From Basidiobolus meristosporus CBS 931.73 (lineage: Eukaryota > Fungi > Basidiobolomycota), in NCBI GenBank assembly GCA_002104905.1, contig MCFE01000026.1, positions 62,001 to 126,000 on the forward strand: DNA of 64,000 bases. The letters run 5' to 3'. The translations under genes and the position numbers were made by a program. This document shows positions 37,870 to 50,277 of this stretch, one piece after another (position 1 is the stretch's first letter; every line of letters starts with the position of its first letter). A model generated the notes under the pieces. The model did no database searches, had not been told where the DNA came from, and saw nothing but the letters and a program-made list of their open reading frames with translations.

Positions 37870-38900
37870 TACAACTTCCTATATGTGTATACTGGATTTC
37901 ATGTAATTTGGGAGTCTTAATATTTTGATAGAAGATAATACTTTCACTTTCAGTGTTCTTTATGAATTTCAGCTGAGAAGTGCTGTAAACTGCTCTGCTA
38001 GCTATTATTAGACCTTTCTTGACAAATTGGCTTATTTCCTACAATGGACAAATTCTGTATTTGAAACTAAATATCTATACTGGGAACAAGCTTCCTTATT
38101 TGAAAATTCCCAACTCTGCATTAACCTTAAGAATTTCTCTAAGAGATCTCAAAGGGGCCTGCTGTAGAAGGCTTCTAATGTGAACTTTAAACCTAAAGGG
38201 GTGTCTGAAGGAGCTTCTATAACATAATGGGGTCACCTAAAGGGGGCTTTTCTATCAAACCAAACAAGGTCAAAGTCTGCAGAAGAGCTGTAGTTTGGTC
38301 TGTAGAACTTAGAGAGGGGCTTGTGTACTAAGCAGTCACTAAACAGCAGTAGTGCTGACCAAGGTCAAGATACTCAACAGTTAAAGTTGTGCTTGTAAAA
38401 TCAGGGTAACATAAAACTTGAGGCAGCCTTAAAGTCTAATGTACAATAACTTTTACACCGTTGCAGAGGTGTATATTTATACAATGAATAAAGCTACCTT
38501 TACTTGGTGAATATTGTACTTAAAATCTTAGAAGGAGAGTTTCTTGACTGAAAAAATAGCTGGATGGATTATGTATATGAAATCCCTGCAGGATCAAGCT
38601 CTGCAAGTGATTGTATGTGACATACACCTGCTGCAAAGCTGATATTTGTGTTTAGTCTGAGTGGATATAATTGCAGCACCTGTGAAAATGAAATCTAATT
38701 TGATTGGCTGGATCAAAAGTTGTATGTGCTTGAATGTTACAAGTTATTTCAAGCTTATAGGCCATGTGAGTTTTGAGTCTTCAATGTTTGAATGACTATA
38801 ACCCATTAAATACTGCACTGAGCAATTGTCTGAAGATGCTAGAGAACTTGTGGGGAATGAGAATAAGCCTACTACAGGCAGTTGTTTAGAGATTCTACCC
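37870..38900. repeat. Unclassified dispersed repeat (family C), copy 1
   Basis: Homologous to 61473-62325: shared TACTCAACAG (38371 vs 62121), GTAGAACTTAGA, TAAAGGGG short repeats and AATxGGCTTATTT. Confidence 0.6.
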
Positions 38901-38949
38901 ACCAACAAAGCAGCACCACTAAAAAGATGCTAAGTTATCCAAATGGCCA

Positions 38950-39290
38950 TGGTAGAGCTTTGTAGGTCAACAATACACACCAGATCTCTCCAGAGGGTTT
39001 TTAATGAAATGAGAGAGTAAATGCATACAGGTTTTGTGGAGAGCTAATGGAGTCTCTAGCCAAAGTACCACACTGTACAAGGAAGTCTCCACTGCTCAAA
39101 ACATGTATGGGAAGGAGTGGAAAAAAGCAGGCATAAGGCTATTGGGATGGTGGGTCTTGATGAAGCTACTAGTTGAGTACAAGGTTGGGAAAGGCACAAC
39201 AGAATCACTAGTCTTATGTACCTGTCCATACAAGGAAGTAATGAGAATTATCTGAGGTTTCAAAAGAAAAAATGAGATAAATAGGAGCCT
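38950..39290 (+). mobile_element. Fragment of the CMC-like element's accessory gene
   Basis: RLLGWWVLMKLLVEYKVG matches ILIGWWILMELLVVCGVG encoded at 56063-56299 (-). Confidence 0.55.
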
Positions 39291-40550
39291 ATTAATGAAA
39301 TCATGGGGGAAGTGGCTTCCATCAACAATTTGGTATAGTGTTCCATCCTGTACTACAAATTTGCTGGCTTCATCCTGGATTATCTTCTTGATATCTTCAT
39401 CCACCTCATTAGGAATGGCTTGGTGCCCCAAGTACTTTGGTAATAGTCTAGGCCAATCTGATTCATGCACCAAGTTGAGTTGTGTAACTTGTTCTAATCT
39501 TGATAAGGCATCAGCAATCATGTTGTTTTTTCCAGGGCTGTAGACAATCTCCAGGTCAAATTGCTGAATGTATTCGCTCCATCTTGTCATTCTTCTAGAG
39601 AGTACCTTCTGAGTAAATATATACTTGAGGGAGGTGTGATCAGTCTTTACAGTGCATTTGACTCCTTCAATATAGCATCTCCATGTCTTCAATCAGTGTA
39701 TTATAGCAAGCATCTCCTTCTCATGCACTGGATAGTTTTGCTCTGCTGAGTTCAGTTTCTTGGATTCAAAGGCAACAGGGTAGTCCTCACCCTTGTGTTC
39801 TTGGATCAACACTCCACCAATTGCATAATCTGAAGCATCTGTGCACAGAGTAAACTCTTCTCTGAAGTCAGGTATTCTTAAGCTTGGTAGCTTAGCAAGT
39901 TCATTCTTGAGTGTATTGAAGGCAGTTTCACAAGCTATATCCCACTTGTAGGTATTGTCTTTCTTGAGGATATCAGTTAATGGGGCTGCAATACTTGCAA
40001 AGGACTTGACAAATCTCCAATAATAGGAAACCATTCCTAGGATTGATCTGAGCTCTGATATGCCTTGGGCTGCTTCAGATTCTTTATAACTTCAACCTTC
40101 TTAGGGTCCAAGGTTACTCCTGCGCTAGTCACTTTGTGTCCCAGATATTCAACATGTTCCTTGAAGAATTCACACTTGGGTAACTTGCCATAAAGCTTGT
40201 TCTCTCTTTGCTTCTTCAAGAAGTTTTCAAAGTGCACCAAGTGATCCTCTTCTGTCTTGCTGTATACTAATATATCATCTAGGTAGATTAAGACAAACTT
40301 GTCTAAGTACTCCTGGAAGACAGTCTGCATCAGGGTCATGAATGTTGCAGGGGCATTGGTGAGGCCAAAACTCATGACTTAGTACTTGTAATGTCCATAT
40401 CTGGTCTTGAATACTGTCTTAGGGATGCTTCTGGCTTCACCCTAATCTGGTTGTATCCTGACATAAGGTCAATCTTGCCAAAAGTAGCAGCTCTATTGAG
40501 TTGGTCCAAGAGCTCATCAACCCAACGTATGGGGTACTTATTCTTCATGG

Positions 40551-41621
40551 TGTAGTGGGGTGACAGTGACACCCACTGACAGGTGTGCTCATTCCCTTAT
40601 TTTCTACTCTCCTATATCTCTACTACACTTATTTTAGTTTTATCACATTTGTCTTACCCAATCAGTACTATCCCATAAGCTGGTTGACTATCACACCTGC
40701 TTACCTTATTGCATAAGTTACCCCTCACTTTATGTAGATTACTAGCTACAAGTACTTCTATATTAGGCCAGTACCAGCACCAGTACCCATGACACATGAT
40801 CAAACCCGTGTCACCATCCCTACCATTTCCATACCATATATGGTATCCCCATGTTACACAGGTTTCAGAAAACTGATTCCTGATTGGTTGGATGTGCTGT
40901 GCCTCTTAGAACCTTCTGGCACCTACTTAGAACATTCTTAGGTCATTTTGATGTCATTAAGATTTCTATTGATATCTGGAACCTTCTGGAACACCATGAT
41001 TAGTAATCACTTAGCCAGTAAGAAAAGTATATAAGGGAGGCTATCCCTCTACAATAAATCATCATCCCTTTTATCAATATACCAACTTGTTGATTAGTAT
41101 GATCACTGCTACCTGCTGCTACCTGAACTTCCAACCCCAGACCACAGGACACTCCCAGGAAACTGTGCTGACAGCCAACTGACCTTGGAGGCACTACTTG
41201 TGAGGAGTACTCAGAGTAGGTATCTTTTATTATATTTGATTCCTTCCCAAGTTTGTTCTTGTACAGGCAAAGATACTTTTCTGTCTTTGTAACTATTGAC
41301 CACAGCTGCATTCTTATCAAGTCCCTGCTTGTGGAGTTAACAGTTGTTTTGACTTTGGAAGCTTTACTACATTGTCATCTCAAAGGATGCTGAACCCAGC
41401 ACATACTTTTGTTAAGACGCCAACTAAGTTGGGGATTGTAGCTCAATAGTTTTCCCTTCACAAGCTTGTGGCTTTATTCCCCTTCACATTAGATTAAAGA
41501 CAGAACCCAAGTATTCCTAGCAAGCTTTTGCCAGAGGTTATTGCACCCAGTGAACACCCCACACACAAAACACTTGAGAAGTATTGGACGTATCTCTCCC
41601 TTGGACCTATACACCACCACA
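40551..41621 (+). mobile_element. Solo LTR family B (1071 bp), 4-bp TSD ATGG/ACGG
   Basis: TGTAGTGG...CCACCACA; TATATAA 41028, AATAAA 41053; interrupts RT at ACGG (intact site at about 47458-47461). Confidence 0.9.
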
Positions 41622-42328
41622 ACGGTAACTGAGTTGAGGGCTCTGTAGTCAGTGCACATCCTAAGCATTCCATCCTTCTTCTTCACAAATGTACTGGTGC
41701 TCCCCAAGGTGACTTGCTGGGTCTGATATATCCTTGCTCCAGCAACTGACCTAATTGTCTCTTCATCTCTTCCAACTCCAACGGACTCATTCTGTAAGGC
41801 ATCTTACTCACAGGAGGGCTATCTCCTGTTTCAATGGCATGATCCACGTCTCTGACTGGTGATAGGCTTACAAGCTCCTCTGGAAATATGTCTGAATATT
41901 CCTTCAAAAGAGTCTGGATCTTCTGGGGTACTGGAGTAGAAGAATCCTCCTGTAATACTGCCATGAAACATCTGGGTGCCTTTTCTTAGTGCTCTACAGA
42001 ACTGTGTCTTGCTAAGTTGACTTGTTTCACACACACTGGAGCTGACCAAATTAAAATCCAGTCTGGCAGGTAATAGCTAATAGGTCTCATTGTCTTTCTG
42101 CATGAGTAGCATGGGTTCTCCAGTTGGTTGATGGGATACAACAAACTAGCCAGGTTTTCCCAAGTACAAGGTCAAACTTGGAGTTCCCAAGTATATAGGC
42201 CTGTAGCTCTTCTTTATAGTCATAGATCTTCATCCTTACAGGCTGAGTAATACTGTTGATTATGTCAGAGTTCCCATCAGCTGTTGAGACTGAAGTTGAT
42301 ATGATGGGTTCTGAGTTGATTCCAGCAT

Positions 42329-43398
42329 TGTGGTGGTGTATAAGTCCAAGGGAGAGATATGTCCAATACCTCTCAAGTGTTTTGTGTGTGGGGTGTTCAC
42401 TGGGTGCAATAACCTCTGGCAAAAGCTTGCTAGGAATACTTGGGTTCAGTCTCTAATCTAATGTGAAGGGGAATAAAGCCACAAGCTTGTGAAGGGAAAA
42501 CTATTGAGCTACAATCCCCAACTTAGTTGGCGTCTTAACAAAAGTATGTGCTGGGTTCAGCGTCCTTTGAGATGACAATGTACTAAAGCTTCCAAAGTCA
42601 AAACAACTGTTAACTCCACAAGCAGGGACTTGATAAGAATGCAGCTGTGGTCAATAGTTACAAAGACAGAAAAGTATCTTTGCCTGTACAAGAACAAACT
42701 TGGGAAGGAATCAAATATAATAAAAGATACCTACTCTGAGTACTCCTCACAAGTAGTGCCTCCAAGGTCAGTTGGCTGTCAGCACAGTTTCCTGGGAGTG
42801 TCCTGTGGTCTGGGGTTGGAAGTTCAGGTAGCAGCAGGTAGCAGTGATCACACTAATCAACAAGTTGGTATATTGATAAAAGGGATGATGATTTATTGTA
42901 GAGGGATAGCCTCCCTTATATACTTTTCTTACTGGCTAAGTGATTACTAATCATGGTGTTCCAGAAGGTTCCGGATATCAATAGAAATCTTAATGACATC
43001 AAAATGACCTAAGAATGTTCTAAGTAGGTGCCAGAAGGTTCTAAGAGGCACAGCACATCTAACCAATCAGGAATCAGTATTCTGAAACCTGTGTAACATA
43101 GGGACACCATATATGGTATGGAAATAGTAGGGATGGTGACATGGGTTGATCACGTGTCACAGGTACTGGCACAGGTACTTGCCTAATATAGAAGTACTTA
43201 TAGCTAGTAATCATACATAAAGTGAGGGGTAACTTATGCAATAAGGTAAGCAGGCGTGATAGTCAACCAGCTTATGGGATAGTACTGATTGAGTAAGACA
43301 AATGGGATAAAACTTAAATAAGTGTAGTAGAGATATGGGAAGTAGAAAATAAGGGAATGAGCACATCTGTCAGTGGGTATCACTGTCACCCTACTACA
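42329..43398 (-). mobile_element. Solo LTR family B, inverted relative to 40551-41621; TSD GCAT/GTGT
   Basis: Near-identical reverse complement of 40551-41621; interrupts the protease frame at L-N-A-G. Confidence 0.9.
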
Positions 43399-44720
43399 GT
43401 GTTCAAAGCAAATTGCTCTGACATGTACTTATGCAATGCTCCTGAGTCAATCATGATCATGGCAGCTACTCCATTGATTACTCCATTCAAGTAAAATAGC
43501 TTTCCTGAGTTTGAGATCATCTGGGATAGGTATTCTTCTGTCATATGGAAGGTGAGTTCTGAGTCTTTATCAAGTTCATCCTCCATGTTACTATGCTCCA
43601 TGGCCTCAATATGGTTAAAGGTTCTTGATGGCTGGAGTCCATTTCTTCTCGGAGGGCAGTGCTTTGCAATATGTCCCTGCTGGTGGCAATTGAAGCAAAG
43701 TCCTTTCTTCTTACATTCTTCTGAGGTAGGATTCTTCTGCATAGCGTCTATTTCCATTGGCACTGCTTCTGATTGTCTTCTTTCATAGTGATTGTAGCCT
43801 CTCTGTGTGGTCATTGTGGGCTTCCCAACTCCAAACATAGCTGGGTCATTGTCAATGGCAATCTTGATGGCTTCTTTGATAGTCTGAGGTCATTGATAAT
43901 TCACCTCCTTACAAGTTCTTTCTTTCAACCCATCAATAAAGTATTCAACTTGATCCAGAGGGTCCATTCTTGCAATTTACCCAAGTAGAGATTGTAGAGC
44001 ATCCCATCATGGTGGCTGACCTGATCTTGTTGTGGGATCACTGTAAAGCTGCGTCAGCCAAGTATGAGGCTGCATAATGTAGCTTGCTTTCTGGAATAAT
44101 TCCATTGGCCTTGAAAGCTTCTTCAATATGGAAGAGCCAAGTTCCCAGGTTTTAATTGACTCTACTATGGTACTGGTTGACTTTCACACTAAAGTTGCTC
44201 TTGACAAGGTTTTGCTGGCTTTGGGCCATGGTAGTCATTCCTTGTTGCTGCTGCCTAGGGATCTGGAGTAACTGTTGCTGCTGGGCCAGGATCTGTAGCA
44301 AAGCATTCTTCCATTCTTGATTTTTTGGACATCTTGAGGGAGGCTTCTTTCTTCAGGAGGGATGTTTCTGGTTATTGCTGCTACCAATGTTACAAGCCTT
44401 GGTATAAGAGTTGTAGAGGAATAGGGAGTTTAGCTAGTATTGTATTCACTCAAACTTGAACTGATCTTTATTGAGATTCCAGCAGCTCCTTACATACATC
44501 TTGCCAGATCAAATGCTGAATAATTGTATTTCCTAATGTAGGCTGTGGCTGATGACTCATTTGGTTGCATCATCACCACCCAATAAGACCTTACCTAATA
44601 TATCTATTTCTGTCTGATAAGGATCTGCTGATTCATTTGCTGGCTAATGTGACTGATATGATAGATAACACTGATTTGCTGATAACCTAAGCATATAACT
44701 AATTGATTTGACTAAAAACT

Positions 44721-47700
44721 TGTTACAAGTCTTGGTATAAGAGTTGTAGAGGAATAGGGAGTTTAGCTAGTATTGTATTTACTAGAACTTGAACTGATTT
44801 TTGTTGAGGTTCCAGCAGCTCCTTATATACATTTTGCCAGATCAATTGCTGAATAATTGTATTACTTAATGTAGGTTGTGGCTGATGACTCATTTGATTG
44901 CATCATCATCACCCAATTAGATCCTACTTAATATATCTATTTCTGTCTGATAAGGATCTGCTGATTCATTTGCTGACTAATGCTACTGATTTCATAGATT
45001 ATACTGACATACTGATAACCTAAACATATACTTATTGATTTGACTAAAAAACTGATCTAACTTAAACATTCAAGCGGCAGATCATAACATTCTCCCCTAC
45101 TAAAGTTGAGAGGGTTCTCCTGAATCTCTTTTCTTGTGATACCAATATCTTGATGGTTTAGTATTATCAGCAAGTCTTGCAAGCTTGAGTCTGTCCCTAT
45201 GCAGTAAGTCTTCCCGGATATTGCCTTGTTTGTCCACCAGTTGGGAAGTTGCAAATGGACATTCTCTGATGATCTTGAATGGTCCTGTCCATTGTGGCTC
45301 AAACTTCTTCCAAGTGTTGTTTCTTAGCAGTACAAAGTTCCCAACTGTCAATGCTTCTGGTGCTATAGTCTTATCAAATCTCTGCTTCATCTTTTCTGCG
45401 CTTTGAGATACTTTGGTCTGTGCCTCTTGACGTCTTTGTTCCAGTTGCTGATGTCTACTTGGCTGACTGAGTTCATCTTTTAAGGTGTCTGTAAATTTTG
45501 ATGTGTGAGATCTCCTGGAATCCTTGGTTCACATCCATACACTAAGTAAAATGGTGATTGCTGGGTGGTGTTGTGTACTCTGACTCTGCATGCAAAGAGT
45601 GCTTGGTCTATATACTTGTCCCATCTACTGACAACTCCATTTGCATTCTTGGTCAGCATTTTTCCAAATAATCCATTAAACTGCTCAGTGACTCCATTAG
45701 TTCTGGGGTGATATGCCAAGGTTTTCAAGTGTCTGATCTGCTGCATTTCCAGGTAAGCCTCTAATGTCTTTGCCATAAAGTTTGCTCCTCTATCAGATAA
45801 GATCTCCACAGGGCATCCAAACTTCATCAGGATCTCATGGTAAATGAAACTTGCAACTTCTTGTTCACTGGCTATTGGTACAGCTTTAGCAACTGGCCAT
45901 TTGGTGGCATGGTCAATTGCTACTAGGATCCAACGGTTGCATTTCCTGGTGGTTGGCAGTCTTCCAATAAAGTCAATTCCCCATCTCTCAAATGGTCTTA
46001 CAGGCTCCAAAGGGAAGAGTTTGGCAATTCTTTGTGGCTGGCCTTGATTGATTTGGCAGTTTGGGCATGTTTTCACTAGCTTCTCAATATCTTGTTTCAT
46101 TCTGGGCCACCATGCTCTGGCTTTCACAAGGCTATAGGTTCCTTCAATTCTAAGATGTCCATATCCATTGTGTAGCTTATGTATTAAATCCAGGCAAGAA
46201 ACATAAGGGCAATAGGCAATAGGGCTTCCATCAACAATTTGGTAGAGTGTTTCATCCTGTACTACAAATTTGCTGGCTTCATCATGGATGATCTTCTTGA
46301 TATCTTCATCCACCTCATTAGGAATGGCTTGGTCCTCCAAGTACTTTGGTAATAGGCTAGGCCAATCTGATTCATGCACCAAGTTAAGTTGTGCAACTTG
46401 ATCTAATCTTGATAAGGCATCAGCAATCATGTTGTTTTTTCCAGGGCGGTAGACAATCTCCAGGTCAAATTGCTGAATGTATTCACTCCATCTTGTCATT
46501 CTGCTAGAGAGTACCTTATGAGTAAATATATACTTGAGGGAGGTGTGATCAGTCTTTACAGTGCATTTGACTCCTTCAATATAGCATCTCCATGTCTTCA
46601 AACAGTGTATTATAGCAAGCATCTCCTTCTCATGGACTGGATAGTTTTGTTCTGCTGAGGTCAGTTTCTTGGATTCAAAGGCAACAGGGTAGTCCTTTCC
46701 CTTGTGTTCTTGGCTCAGCACTCCACCAATTGTATAATCTGAAGCATCTGTGCACAGAGTGAACTCTTTTCTGAAGTCTGGTATTCTTAAGCTTGGCAGC
46801 TTAGCAAGTTCATTCTTGAGCATCTGGAAGGCAGTCTCACAAGCTATGTCCCACTTGTAGGTATTGTCTTTCTTGAGGCTATCAGTTAAAGGGGCCGCAA
46901 AACTTGCAAACAACTTGACAAATCTCCAATAATAGGAAACCATTCCAAGGAATGATCTGAGCTCTGATATGCTATGGGGATGTTTCAGATTCTTGATTAC
47001 TTCCACCTTCTTTGAGTCTAAGGTTACTCCTGTGCTAGTCACTATGTGTCCCAGGTATTCAACATGCTCCTTGAAGAATTCACACTTGGCCAGCTTGCCA
47101 TATAGCTTGTTCTCTCTTAGTTTCTTCAAGACCTTTTCAATGTGCAGTACATGATCCTCTTCTGTCTTGCTGTATATCAACATGTCATCCAGATAGATTA
47201 TCACAAACTTGTCTAAGTACTCCTGAAAGACAGTCTGCATCAGCATCATGAATGTTGCAGGGGCATTAGTGAGGCCAAAACTCATGACTAAGTACTTGTA
47301 ATGTCCATATCTGGTCCTAAATGCTGTCTTAGGAGTATCTTCTGGTTTTACCCTAATTTGGTTGTATCCTGACATGAGGTCAATCTTGCTGAAAAGAGTG
47401 GCTCCATTAAGTTGGTCCAAAAGCTCATCAATCCGAGGTATGGGGTACTTATTCTTGACGGTAACTGAGTTCAGGGCTCTGTAGTCAATGCACATCTTAA
47501 GTGTTCCATCCTTCTTTTTCACAAAAAGCACTGGTGCTCCCCAGGGTGACTTGCTGGGCCTGATGTATCCTTGCTCCAATAGCTGATCAATTTGTCTCTT
47601 CATTTCCTCCAATTCCAATGGACTCATTCTGTCAGGTGTCTTGCTCACTGGAGGGCTATTTCCTGTGTCAATGGCATGATCCACGTCTCTGACTGGTGGT

Positions 47701-49634
47701 AGGCTTACAAGCTCATCTGGGACCACGTCTGAAATTTCTTCAAGAGAGTCTGGACCTGCTGGGGTGCTGGGGTAGAGGAATCCTCCTGTAATACCACTAT
47801 GAGGAACATCTTGGTACCTTTTCTAAGTGCTCTACAGAACTGGGTCTTGCTAAGTTCACTTGTCTCACACATACTGGAATTGACCAAGTTGAAATCCAGA
47901 CTGGCAGGTAATAGCTCATAGGTCTTGTTGTCTTTTTGGATCTGAGTAGCATGGGTTCTCCAGTTGATTGATGGATTACAACAAAATAGCCAGGTTTTTC
48001 CAAGTACAAGGTCAAACTTGCATTTCCCAAATATATAAGCCTGTAGGTCTTCTTCATAGTCATTGATCTTCATTCTTACTGGCTGGGTAATACGGTTGAT
48101 TATGTGAGAGTTCCCATCAGCTGTGGAGACTGAAGTTGATTTGGTAGGTTCTGAGTTGATTCCAGCTTTCAAAGCAAATTGCTCTGAGATGTACTCATGC
48201 AATGCTCCTGAGTCAATCACAATCTTGGCAGGTACTCCATTGATTACTCCATTCAAGTATAATAGCTTTCCTGAGTTTGAGGTCATCTGGGATAGGTATT
48301 CTTCTGTCATGTGGAAGGTGAGTTCTGAGTCTTATTCAAGCTCATCTTCCACCTTACTGTGCTCATGGGACTTGATATGGTTGAAGGTTCTTGTTGGCTG
48401 GTGTCCAATTCTTCTCTGAGGGCAGTACTTTGCAATATGTCCCTGCTGGTGGCAATTGAAGCAAAGTCCTTTCTTCTTGCATTCTTCTGAGGTAGGATTC
48501 TTCAGCATAGCATCTATTTCCATTGGTACTGCTTCTGATTGTCTTCTTTCATAATGATTGTAGCCTTTCTGATTAGTCACTGTAGGCTTCCCAAATCCAA
48601 ACATAGCTGAGTCATAGTCAATGGCAATCTTGATGGCTTCTTCAATAGTCTGAGGTCTTTTGTAATTCACTTCCTTGCAAGTTCTTTCTTTCAACCCATC
48701 AATAAAGTATTCAACTTGATCCAAGGGGTCCATTCTTTCAATTTGTCCAAGTAGACATCTATACTCATAGATGTATTCTTGCACCATTCCTTTCTGTCCG
48801 AGTGTCTTTAACTTCCTTCTTAGTATTGTGTGCTGGTGTGGAGGTTCAAAAGCATCCTGAATTTCCGACACAAACTCTTCCCAGGTAGAGATTGTAGAGC
48901 ATCCCATCATAGTGGCTGACCTGATCTTGTTGTGGTACCACTGTAAGGCTGCATCTGCCAGGTAAGAAGCTGCATAATGCAACTTGCTTTCTGGAGCAAT
49001 TCCCTTAGCTTTAAAAGCTTCTTCAATCTGGAAGAGCCAAGTTCCCAGGTTTTCATAGACTCTACCATGGTACCGGTTGACCTTCACACTAAAGTTGCTC
49101 TTGACAGGGCTTTGCTGGCTCTGAGCCGTGGTAGTCATTCCTTGTTGCTGTCGGCTGAGGATCTGGAGTAACTGTTGCTGTTGGGCCAGGATTTGCTGCA
49201 TGGCATTCTTCCATTCTTGATTGTCCGACATCTTGAGGGTGGTTTCTGGTTATTGCTGCTACCAATGTTACAAGTCTTGGTATAAGAGTTGTAGAGGAAT
49301 AGGGAGTTTAGCTAGTATTGTATTTACTAGAACTTGAACTGATTTTTTTTGAGGTTCCAGCAGCTCCTTATATACATTTTGCCAGATCAATTGCTGACTA
49401 ATTGTATTTCCTAATGTAGGTAGTGGCTGATGACTCATTTGATGGCATCATCATCACCCAATAAGATCCTACTTAATATATCTATTTCTGTCTGATAAGG
49501 ATCTGCTGATTCATTTGCTGACTAATGCTACTGATTTCATAGATAATACTGATATACTGATAACCTAAACATATACTAATTGATTTGACTAAAAAACTGA
49601 TCTAACTTAAACATTCAAGCGGCAGATCATAACA
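44721..49634 (-). mobile_element. Full-length Ty3/gypsy element (family A), 4914 bp, 369-bp LTRs, 4-bp TSD AACT
   Basis: LTRs 44721-45089 and 49266-49634 (10 mismatches by eye); PBS TGGTAGCAG (tRNA-iMet-like); PPT AGGGGAGAA; order gag-PR-RT-RH-IN. Confidence 0.97.
45100..49231 (-). pseudogene. Ty3 gag-pol with a nonsense codon (48332-48334), a frameshift near 47725 and a stop at 45480
   Basis: retrotrans_gag, CCHC knuckle, IDSG protease, 748-aa RT (YLDD)-RNase H (TDASD)-integrase (HxxxxH..CxxC, IDF, SDRG) frame, GPF module; no chromodomain seen. Sister copies read D-K or K-E at the TAA position. Confidence 0.93.
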
Positions 49635-49674
49635 AACTGATCTAACTTGAACATTCAAGCGGCATATCATAACA

Positions 49675-50277
49675 TGGGTCTTTAACTGTAGGTACTGCAT
49701 TTGCCAGATTCTCATCTGCCTAAGCATTATGGTCAGCTTGCAGCTCTGCAGAGATGATGAATGGCCTACTTGACTGTGAGCCTGAGAAATCTGCATTATT
49801 GTCTTTAGTGGGCACACTGTCAACATAGGTTTTTCTGGATAAAGCCCTGCTTGTGCATTGAATGTCAAAGTTAATTGTTGTCTAACCACACTTTTGCTGA
49901 TGTCAGCAAGTGGGTTTGGTTGGGAACCAGATGACTTTGCTTTATTTTTTGGCAGCATACATATGGGAGTGAGTCTAACCAAAGACAGACAAGTTTTATA
50001 TGTCTGTGTGTATGTGGTGCCACAGCTATGTATATAATGCTAACTAAGACAGGTCATCACTGAATTTTATATTTGTGTAGGTGCAATACCTCAAATATAG
50101 GACTGTTTTAAACTCACACAAATGTTGATAAAAAGTGATATAATAGTATTACATTGATGAATGTCAAGCTGTTTGCCCCATGGAGAACACCACTTTAACC
50201 AAGCGCCACAAGAGAGATGAAAAAAGACCATGTGGTTACTGTAACTACTGTAAAAGTTTTTAATTACACCTAAATAT
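49675..50277. mobile_element. Second copy of the central (divergent-promoter) region of the CMC-like element
   Basis: Colinear with about 57780-58380 (e.g. TTGCTTTATTTTTGGCAGCATA, GTGGTGCCACAGCT, GAAAAAAGACCATGTGG). Confidence 0.75.

Larger units (their letters stand above)
39290..44720 (-). mobile_element. Older Ty3/gypsy element (family A), degenerate and 3'-truncated, interrupted by two LTR-B copies and, in its 5' LTR, by a younger family-A element
   Basis: gag (CFNCHQQGHIAKHC), protease IDSG, RT YLDD and RNase H TDASD fragments; PBS TGGTAGCAG; 5' LTR = 44388-44720 plus 49635-49674. Confidence 0.9.

Noticed and set aside
41000-42950. Identical 106-aa ORF occurring twice (41000-41320 and 42630-42950)
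   Set aside because: It lies inside the two LTR-B copies; identity reflects LTR duplication, and there is no recognisable domain.
49635-49674. Apparent 40-bp tandem duplication of the LTR end
   Set aside because: It is the displaced remainder of the older LTR (44388-44720) split by insertion with TSD AACT.
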